64,000 nucleotides of DNA from Octopus vulgaris (Eukaryota), in assembly GCA_951406725.2 (NCBI GenBank), contig OX597814.1, forward strand, positions 190,712,001 to 190,776,000. Direction: 5' to 3'. Shown here piece after piece: positions 54,036-64,000 of this stretch (positions are counted from its first letter, which is position 1; each line of letters opens with the position of its first letter). Below the pieces are notes generated by a model that had not been told where the DNA came from, did no database searches, and saw only the letters and a list, made by a program, of their open reading frames with translations. A program made the position numbers and the translations under genes.

Positions 54036-54378
54036 TGAAGGCGCATGGCTCAGTGGTTAGAGCGTCGAGCTTACGATCGTGAGGTTGTGAGCTCGAATCC
54101 CGGACCGGGCTGCGTGTTGTGTTCTCGAGCAAGGCACTTTATTTCACGTTGCTCCAGTTCACTCAGCTGTAGAAATGAGTTGCGACGTCACTGGTGCCAA
54201 GCTGTATCGACCTTTGTCTTTCCTTTGGATAACACTGGTGGCGTGGAGAGGGGAGGCTGGTATGCATGGGCGACTGCTGGCCTTCCATAAACAACCTTGC
54301 CCGGACTTGTATCTAGGAAGGTAACTTTCTAGGTGCAATCCCATGGTCATTCATGACCGAAGGGGGTCTTTACCCTTT
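54036..54378 (+). mobile_element. tRNA-derived SINE family E
   Basis: tggctcagtggttagagcgtcgagc...gctcgaatcccgg head followed by a non-tRNA body. Confidence 0.8.
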
Positions 54379-54469
54379 ATATATATATATATTATAATAA
54401 TAATAATAATAATAATAATCGACGAAGCTTTTTGGCAGGCATGCTAACAATTCTACTAGCTCGCCACCT

Positions 54470-54520
<51 letters not shown>

Positions 54521-55154
54521 TGGTGGTGGTAGTGCTGGTGGTGGTGGTAGTAGTAGTAGCAGTAGTAGTAGTAGTAGTAGTAGTAGCAGCAGCAAATGCC
54601 CTGATGCAGTAAATGCCCTGATGCAGTACCAGGCAGTGGCTCTCATGGCTGCTGATCTTAACTAATTGGAAGTGTTATCATGTACATTGTTTTGTCTTGG
54701 TATAAAAGATGAGCTACAGCAAATATTCTGCCCAATACCACAGATTTGCTTCTCAGTTGTTTGACCTTAACCAGTTGAGCATGTTCCTTAGTGTTGATGA
54801 TATGTGCATCTCTGATCACAAGCAGAAGTAATGGAGGAGCATCATAGCCATGTGTTGAGAGGAATTCTCGGGGGTTTGAATAATTCACCTCTGGAAACAT
54901 GGATGTTTCATTCAACATCCTTAAACAACCCTTATTCAGGGACCTTTTGAGTAGGATGGGTTACTCGACCAGAAGAAAATTCTAACTGGGCCTCACCTGC
55001 AAGGTCATGTGCTGTTTATCTTGATATGAGATGCACATATGGTTATGATGTATGTGCCTAGTGTACCCTTATCAGACGGGTGGATGGGTATACTGGGCTT
55101 CATATATTTACCCCAGTGTCACTTTGATGGCATGCACTGCTCTCTCACTCACTC

Positions 55155-55159
<5 letters not shown>

Positions 55160-55191
<32 letters not shown>

Positions 55192-55630
55192 TCTTTATTG
55201 GCCACCAGAGCTGACCACAAAACATAAAGGATGGTACACAGATGAGGAACAGTAGGGTTAAACGTATAAACAGCAAAAAAAAAAATAACACAATTAACAA
55301 GGAGATTAAACCAACAGTGTACTTCCCCAATAGGTCATTTTCCACCGAGAGGTGACCAAAGAAACCTCACACACAGAGGAAGGTATCCATCTTCAACCCT
55401 TTCAATTGTGTCCATCACACAACCTCTTTCGCCATAGCTACCAAACAGAAAAACTGCCTGTCCTTCCTGGCCAAAGGAAGGAGGCAGGGCAATCTTCACG
55501 ATGGACTTGGGCGATAGCCAGATCCATCCTACATGTGACATAAACGTTTCAGCTAAGCTCCACATGTCAGCAATGCATGGAGACTGTATGAGAGCATGCA
55601 AAATAGTTTCATTGTTCCACATGCATTTCA
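55160..55630 (-). mobile_element. L1/Tx1-like ORF2 3' remnant
   Basis: CMWNNETILHALIQSP (decayed CCHC knuckle), AATAAA and (ATT)n tail on the minus strand. Confidence 0.55.
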
Positions 55631-56872
55631 CCAAATTTAAAGAATCTTATGTCTTCCCTGGCACTTTTTCTTTTCTTTCCAGGTAGCAATTTATCAAATA
55701 CTGATTTTACTTTCCTTACAAACATCAATTCCGCTGGTGAGCTACCTATTGGTGTATTCGGATTTGGTGTTATATGGTACACTCTTAAAAATTGCTGTAG
55801 AGCTTCCTCATCCATGACTTCCATGTTCAATTTTCTAAGGGCTCTTTTGAATATATTGACAAAGCGCTCTGCCAATCCATTAGATCTGGGATGGTATGGT
55901 GCAGTAATTATATGTTCTACCGTGAACATTTCACAAAATTTTCAAAATTCACTAGACACCAATTGCATTCCATTGTCAGACACTATCTTGTCTGGGATGC
56001 CAAATCTCGCAAACAATTAATGTAAAAAATTCATCACAGTTGAGGAGGTTGGTTTTTTTTTACACTTACAAATTTCTGGCCATTTTGAGAAACTATCAAC
56101 TACCACTAAGTAATAAGAACCATTTAAAGGACCAGCGAAATTGCTGTGTAGTCTCGACCATTGAGCATATACCTTTGACCAAAGTTCCCTTTTTATAATG
56201 GGCAATTTTGCTGCTAGAGTACATCTTCGACAGCCTTTCACTAAATTTTCAATTTCTTTGTTCATTTTTGGCCAGTATATGTAACAGTGCATTAAAGCTT
56301 TCATCCTTGAAATGCCAGGATGTCTGACGTGAAATTCTCTTAAAACTTTCTTTTGTAGTGTTTCTGGTATCATTACTCTCTGAGCATACATCAGTACACC
56401 TTCACACATTGAGTATTAGAATCACGTCTTGGTTTCGTTTTGCACAAAACCTGTTCCTATTTTCTTTTTTCATCACAGTGTTCTTTTTGTTTCCTTTATA
56501 AACTTGTCTACATTCCACTTTGTATCCTCCAGGGTCACCAGCAGCTCTTGTACCACATTCCACATCACATTTTTTTAATTTCACCTTCAGCTCTTAGAGC
56601 TGCTAATACCATCGCTTCAGATGGCTCACTGTGTTTTGGTATCAGTCTGGACAAACCATCCGCATACCCTAGATTTTTCGATGGTAAATACTCCATTCCA
56701 TAGTCATGATTTAATAGTATAGTGCCCCTTTTCTGTAGTCCATTTGCTGTGTGTATTGGAATTCTTCTTTTGGAACCATATATTGTCAGCAGTGGGCAGT
56801 GATCTGTTTGCAAACAGAAATGTCTTCCATGGATAAATCTATGGAACTTCTTGATAGCAAATTTGAATGCCA
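55630..56872 (-). pseudogene. Gypsy/Ty3 pol remnant (RNase H and integrase), frameshifted
   Basis: KKFHRFIHGRHFCLQTDHCPL, ADGLSRL, HPGISRMK, YLVVVDSFSKWPE, APYHPRSNGLAERFV. Confidence 0.9.
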
Positions 56873-58231
56873 ACAATCATGAGTTCAATTCCCAGTGGCA
56901 TGTTGTGTCCTTGAGCAAGATGCTTTATTTTACATTGCTCCAGTACAGTCAGCTGGCAAAAATGAGTTCTACCTTGTCATATTCTGTGTTATGCTGAAGA
57001 CTATGTATGTGAAGGGTATATGTGTTTGTGGAGTAATCAGCCACTTGCACTTGCTTGAGCAGGCTGTTTCAGGGATCAAATCAATTGGAAATTTCACTGT
57101 TGTAACTAACAAAGTGCTATATATATATATATATAGTGGTGGACTGGTTGCCAGGAGACTAAGGGGGTCCACCCACAACTACAAAGGAGCCCCCACCTGC
57201 AAGTATAAGGGCACCCAACCGCAACTGCAATGCTATCATTTGTTTTGTTTTTTTTTGTTAAAAGTATTCTTTTCAACTGTCTACAAACACAGCCAGGCTA
57301 AAATAATTAATGCATTCTTCCAGAAGTGAATAAAAAATTCTCAAACTTGAGGGTATGGGCCCCTTAAATACTAACATAGGCCCCCATATATAGATTCTAA
57401 TGGCACAGGAGCCCACTTGCCATCGGGCAAACTGGTTATTATATGTTTTATCTTATATTTAATCTTTCTATAATATATGATTTTCTAAATGGTATAATTT
57501 TCTAAATAGTATAATGTAATTATCTAAATGGTATAATTTAATTTTTCATTATTGAATTGATAAAAGGAGTTTTTTTTTTTCTAATTTATATATATATACA
57601 GAGAAACAGAGAGAGAGAGAGGAGAAAGAGAGAGAGAGTGAGGGGAGGAAGAAAGAGATGTATGTGTATTAGTTCACTGTCAGAATTCAGCACCCAAAAA
57701 TCAAGGTCCTCTGATCTTCTTTCTCTCTTATTCATGATGAATATGTATTGATAAAAAAATAGAAATATTTGAAAATTTTTCTCATCATATTCGAAAATCT
57801 TCCATATCTTGCAATGTTTTTAATGTTACGCCATAGAGTTGTAAATATTTTTCCAGTTGTGCAGACTTGATTTATATCATCTTACTGGTTATCATCATCA
57901 CCACCACCACCACCACCGCCGCCGCCGCCGCCACCGCCACCACAACCACCATCACCACCACCACCACCTTTATAAAAGCTGTAAGGTCTGCTCCAATAAA
58001 GTGTAATGTTCAGCAAATGTACTGAATGGCCTTTCTGTAATGTGTTTCCAAGTACTTTTTATTTTTGCACTCATTAAGCTAAGTTTATTAAAATGAAAAA
58101 TTTAATTACCTTAACCTTGTGGTTGTCAACCGAGATTTTTTCGTAGCCCTTCCCCTAACCAACCCCCATGATGTAGTTGTTATGCCTAGCGTCCACCTAA
58201 GTAGTGAGTGAGGTATCACAACTAAACTAAC

Positions 58232-59090
58232 TTATCATCATCATCATCATTGTCATCATCGTCGTCATCGTCATCATCATCGTCGTTATCATCATCATCG
58301 TCGTCATCCTCATCATCCTCCTCATCATCATCATCGTCGTCATCATTATCGTCGTCATCATTATCGTCATCATCATCATCCTCATAAACATCAGTCGTTG
58401 TTGTCATCATCATCATCATCATTGTCATCATCATCATCATCGTCGTCATCATCATCATCATCGTTGTCATTATCATCATCGTCATCATCATCATCCTCAT
58501 CATCATCATCATCGTCATCATCATCATCATCGTCGTCATCATCATCATCATCGTCATCATCGTTATCATCATCATCATTGTCGTCATCATCATCATCATC
58601 GTCATCATCATCATTATCGTCGTCATCATCATCATCATCGTCATCATCATTGTTATCATCATCATCGTCCTCATCATCATCATCGTCGTTGTCATCATCA
58701 TCATCATTCAACGTCTGTTTTCCATACTGGCATGGGTTGGATGGCTTCACAGGTTCCTTAGTCTGATTTGGCAAGGTTTCTATGGCTGGATGCCCTTCCT
58801 AACACCAGTCACTTCATAGAGTGTACTGGTTGCTTTCTTATGTGACACCAGCACCAATGCTTTTTACATGGCACCAGTACTCACACCAATGCTTTTTACA
58901 TGGCACCTTGGTTTTAGGACTTCAGTTCTGTTATGGTGAGTGAGTCTCCTCCAGTACAGCAATGTGCTACATATCTCTGTCCTTTGTCATCTCCTTTGTA
59001 AGTTTCAGCATTTTGAGGTCGGCCTTCAATATTTCATCCCACGTCTTCCTTCAGTCTCCCTCTTCCATAATTTCCTTCTGCTTTAACCCA
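58232..59090 (-). mobile_element. RTE 3' fragment whose (GAT)n tail continues as a ~475-bp mixed trinucleotide array
   Basis: Array 58232-58707 abuts ttcaacgtctgttttccatac...; same arrangement at 60465-61130. Confidence 0.75.
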
Positions 59091-60053
59091 TATATAGGCA
59101 CAGGTGTGGCTATGTGGTAAGAAGCTTGCTTACCAACCACATGGTTCTGGGTTCAGTCCTACTGCATGGTACCTTGGGCAAGTGTCTTCTACTATAGCCT
59201 CAAAGCCGACCAAACCCTTGTAAGTGGATTTGGTAGACAGAAAAGGAAAGAAGTCCATTGTACATATTTATGTGTGTGTGTGTGTGTGTATTTGTGCATC
59301 TGTGTTTGTTCCCCCCACCATCACTTGACAATTGATGTTGGTGGGTGTGCTTATGTCCTCATAACTTAGCCATTTGACAAAAGGGCTCATTAAAATAAGT
59401 ACTAGGCTTACAAAGAATAAGTCCCAGGGTCAATTTGTTTGACTAAAGGCGGTGCTCCAACATGGCCACAGTCAAATGACTGAAACAAGTAAAAGAATAA
59501 AAGAATATAAGAATAAAATGATATACCACTGGTTGCATTTTTGCAATGCAAAACCTGCTCCTTATTTGTTTGGACATGCCGTGGCACGTAAAAGGGCATC
59601 ATTCAAGTGTGATCATTACTAACATCGCCTTACTGGCACCTGTGCCGGTGGGGCACCATTTGAGCGTGATCATTACCAATGTCGCCTTACTGGCACCTGT
59701 GCCAGTGGCATGTGTAAAGTTGATCTCAGCACAATTTGAACTCAGAATTTAAAGACAGACGAAATACCGCTAAGCATTTCACCTGGTGTGCTAACAATTC
59801 TGCCCACAATAGGTGAAAATCAGCAAAGTAGAAACAGTACTGTATATATTTTTAAAATTATTTTTATAAGTTGTGTATATTTATTTTATTATAAATACAA
59901 AATAACACCACGGAGGAATCAGGAATCGAAATAAGCTTAAATAATATATCACAAGATGTAAGCTTAAATAATGAACTGCAACAGGTGAACCACGGTAGGT
60001 GAAATGCAATATGGCAAGGGATGACTGTAGTTATCTCTCTGTCTCTACATGTA

Positions 60054-60085
<32 letters not shown>

Positions 60086-60572
60086 GTGTGTGCATATGAG
60101 GGTGTGTTGTATGGGTGTATATGTGAAAGAGAGAGAGAGAATGAGTGGAAGACATTGATACCTGTGCATAAATGTCATGACAAACATTAGTGGGTTAGGT
60201 ATTTTGAACTATATCTAATCTTAAAAGGTGTTTTTTTTTTACGTTCTTTTGTCTCCATTATCTGTAGATTACAGAATAAATATTTTGAATGTTTGCAGTC
60301 ATCACTTCAGATGGATGAGTTTTAAAGAAACATTTTGGTGTAAAACATGCCACTGAATAAAAGTTACATGGTACAACATAATATGTAGGTCAGCATACAT
60401 GTATGTATCCTCAACTGTACTACAGCATGTGCTATATTACACTGTAATTGCACTTTGCCCCATAGTATCATCATCATCATCGTTGTCATCATAGTCGTCA
60501 TTGTCACCATCAACATCACCACTACCACCACCACTGTCGGCATCGTCGCTGTCGTCAATGTTATCGTCGTCG

Positions 60573-60607
<35 letters not shown>

Positions 60608-61717
60608 GTCGTCGTCGTCATCATCATCATCATCACCACTACCACCACCACCACCACCATGGCAGTCGCCGTCATTGTTGCTGTCATCATCGCCGTCGCT
60701 GTCGCCATCGTCATCACTGTCATCGTCGCCATCGTGGTCACCATTGTCATCACTGTCATCGTTGACATCATCATCGCTGTCATCATCACCATCGTGGTCG
60801 CCATCATCATCGCTGTCATCGTCGCCATTGTGGTCACCATCGTCATCGCTGTCACCGTCGCCATCGTCATCGCTGTCACCGTCGCCATCATCGTCACAGT
60901 CGTTGTCACCATCATCATTATCCTCATCATCATCCTCATCATCATCCTCATCATCATCATCCTCATCATCATCATCATCATCGTCATAATTATTTAATGC
61001 CCATGTTCCATGTTGGTATAGGTTGGACGATTTGACAGGTTCCAATGGGCCCTAGGACTGCATCCTGCTCCAGGATCTGCTTTGGCATGGTTTCTATGAC
61101 TTGATGCTCTTCCTAACGCCAAATGTTTGACCCCCATGTATAGAGTATTTTTTTTGTGCCACCATACAGCTTGCAAGACTACCGACACCAAAGTGGCACC
61201 TTTTTGCCAGGAGATGAGGAGTAAAAGACCAGTAAAAGTACAGGAGATGGGACCAACCATATTTTCAAAGAGGTGGGAGCAACTGAGTGGAGCTGGAAAA
61301 CAAAACAAAAAAATGATGGTGATGAGATGTTAGGGTGGACCTTCAAGATATGGTGTAAGAAGAAATGGGTTGGGTAGGGAGACCAGGAGTGATGGGGTGA
61401 CGTAACTGAAATGGTATATTGTTGTTTTTGATGTTTTATTTTTGCTTTTTTTTACATCTTTTTTTCCTTAGTTAGAGGAATATACTATCAAAGCATTGTT
61501 TACTGCCAGATGCCCTTCCTGTCTCTAACCCTCATCTGTTTTTCAAGTAAGAGTCTCTTATTCCATATGACCTCAAAGACACAAGGCCAACAGACAATTT
61601 GGTGATGAGAGAAATGACAACAAGATCATTGTCCTTAACTCATCAATTTTCAGAAAAGTACAAATATAAACAAACACAAACACACACACACATGCACAAA
61701 CACAGAATTTTTCACTT

Positions 61718-62135
61718 AGGTGGCAAGCTGGCAGAAACGTTAGGACGTCGGGAAAAATGCTTAGTGGTATTTCGTCTGCCGTTACGTTCTGAGTTCAAAT
61801 TCTGCCGAGGTCAACTTTGCCTTTCATCCTTTCGGGGTTGATAAATTAAGTACCAGTTACGCACTGGGGTTGATCTAATTGACTTAATCTGTTTGTCTGT
61901 CCTTGTTTGTCCCTTCTGTGTTTAGCCCCCTGTGGGTAGTAAAGAAATAGGTATTTTGTCTGCTGTTATGTTCTGAGTTCAAATTCTGCTACGGTTGACT
62001 TTGCCTTTCATCCTATCAAGGTTGATAAATTAAGTACCAGTTACACACTAGGCCAATGCATTCGATTTAATCCCTTTATTTGGCCTCGTTTGTCCCCTCT
62101 ATGTTAAGCCCCTTGTGGGCAATAAAGAAATAAGA
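61718..62135 (+). mobile_element. SINE family B with duplicated body
   Basis: Two consecutive ggtattt..gtctgc...aaagaaata units. Confidence 0.85.
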
Positions 62136-62497
62136 ATTTCTTACTAGCTTTGGCTAAAGAATCACTCGTTCCAAGTGAGATAAAATGTCTACATTTGAAG
62201 AATTTTATCTATGTTAGATATTTCCAAAGCAATAAATATTTAACTAAGAACTAGCAAAAATTTGTTTCGGCTACATTTCTTTAGTAATGACAGGCTTAAA
62301 AAAACATGCTTTGACATGCTTCACCTTTGCCAATGTTTTATAATCATGTTTATTAACCAGTCTGCTCTAACTACTGTAAAACATAACGAAGGAAAATTAG
62401 ATATTTGATACTTTAATGACTTGAAACTGACGCAAGGGGTCATAGACATTATCACCTCATAGCAGTAAAAAGGAGGGAAAACTTTTCATGTTTGCAG

Positions 62498-62621
62498 GTT
62501 TAACTCTCACAAATGAAGCAACACAAAACTTACAAGGAAAAAAAAATGTACCAAAATACATAGATTCAAAAGCGAGGGATAAAATCTGGGTACCAACTAT
62601 TGTAGCAAGATTGTAAAAATG
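62498..62621 (+). other. Candidate exon of an unidentified plus-strand transcript
   Basis: acttttcatgtttgcAG| acceptor and ATG|GTAAGT donor around 124 nt of unique sequence. Confidence 0.4.
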
Positions 62622-62729
62622 GTAAGTATTCTATGTCCTTGAGAAATTTGCTCCACAGTCAGATGGTTTGGGATTCAGTCTCATGGTATCTTGCATGGTA
62701 TGTTGAGCAAATATCTTCTACTATTGCCT

Positions 62730-63540
62730 TGGAAAAACCCAGCATCTACATACTCCCTCCACAACACTAATCTCAAAAAGTCTTCTTGTGAACGTGACCT
62801 GGACATTATTGTCGACAGCAATTTGCGTTGGACAAAACACATTGCTAAAATTGCCAAGAAGGCTGAGGGCGTCTTGGTATTACTTACCAAGTCCTTTGTG
62901 AGCCGCTCTCCGGCTATCTATCTGAGGCTTTATATAGCTATGGTGTGGCCTCACCTGAAATTTGCATCACCGGTCTGGAACCCCTATCTTGCCCAGGATT
63001 TTAATCTTCTGGAAACCGTTCAGTAACGTGCAACCAAGAGAATACCCTCCATCAGGCATTTGCCATATTCTGAACGCCTTACTTCCCTGGGCATGGATAC
63101 ATTGAAACTCCGACGTCTGGCAGCTGATTTGGTAGACACCCATAAAATTATTAACCATCTTACTAACAACAACTCTGAGCACCTTTTCAAACTCCACCTG
63201 TCTAACACCCGTGGACATGTTTACAAAGTCAGAAAACAGCACAGCTCCCATGACTTTCAGAAACATTTTTTTCACGCTAAGAGTTGCTGAAGCATGGAAC
63301 AAACTGCTGGCATCAGTTGTTAGTTGTCGGAGCACTGCATCCTTCAAACTTCCATGCTTCCTGAGATTCGCCAACACTACACCTGATTTCCTCCCCTCCA
63401 TACACACGTAAGCATTTTATCTGACTCATACACTGTTCACTTCCCAGACATTTGTACATTACTGCATATGCTTTATACGCACTTTTGACAAGTTGTGGTG
63501 CACCTGAGCACTGCATACAATAACTTCATTATTATTATTA
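62730..63540 (+). mobile_element. CR1-clade LINE 3' fragment
   Basis: ERDLDIIVDSNLRWTKHI, FASPVWNPY, PYSERLTSLGMDTLKLRRL; (ATT)n tail. Confidence 0.9.
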
Positions 63541-64000
63541 AAGTGGATTCAGTAGAGAGAAACTGAAAGCAAGCCAGTGTGTTCACACACATGCACACAT
63601 ACATGAATAACTCTTTCTCTCTTGCTTTATCTCTCATTCTGCTCCTTTCTTTTCCTATTGGAGTAACCAAGTATCACCTCATCTATCTCTATCTTTCTAT
63701 TATGTTTTAACCTCTCATCTGGCACAAAGTCACCTCCTTCAGTTCAGTACCACTTTCTCTCCCAGCTGAGAGCTCTTTGTCTTATAAGTTACTTGCCAAC
63801 CCCACTGGTGCTGGTGCCACATAGAATGCACCCACTACACTCCCAAAAGTGGTTGGCATTAGGAAGGACATCCAGCCATACAAATCATGTCAAAGGAGTC
63901 AATAGAGCCTAGTGCAGCTCTCTAGCTAGCCAGCTCCTGTCAAACCATCCAACCCATGCCAGTATGAAAGATGGACATTAAATGATGATGATGATATATA

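Noticed and set aside
54040-54110. tRNA-like sequences here and at ~11915-11990 and ~44715-44786
   Set aside because: They are SINE heads continuing into repeat bodies, without a complete cloverleaf
58222-61045. Poly-Asp/Ser/Met ORFs, also at 43.6-44.2, 45.6-46.0 and 54.4-54.7 kb
   Set aside because: Trinucleotide arrays open in several frames, mostly attached to TE tails, with no exon evidence

Overview
Eukaryotic, AT-rich, repeat-saturated DNA whose SINE, RTE, CR1 and microsatellite content looks like an octopus (coleoid cephalopod) genome; the organism is inferred, not proven. No intact protein-coding host CDS is visible, and nearly all ORFs in the track are microsatellite or TE artefacts. 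The window holds tRNA-derived SINEs, many RTE LINE 3' ends plus one RT-bearing copy with an internal PHD finger, CR1, L1/Tx1, R4/Dong and Gypsy remnants, Tc1/mariner and pogo elements, two non-autonomous Helitrons and two telomere-motif MITEs. Two things stand out. (1) A unique CpG-containing island near 29.1-29.45 kb appears to start a minus-strand transcript whose spliced leader (exons 29081-~29400, 28743-28904, probably 7169-7330) is packed with uORFs. One is a 29-aa spliced peptide, MDTATFQRFLSVVLTSLVKLSRFHLLPTV, which from memory resembles the conserved-peptide uORF of vertebrate MAPK6/ERK3 (unverified). (2) About nine sequence families of short, mostly (TA)n-associated elements carry minimal Penelope-type hammerhead ribozymes, often as fold-back palindromes, including U3-A8 compensatory core variants and expanded stem II variants.
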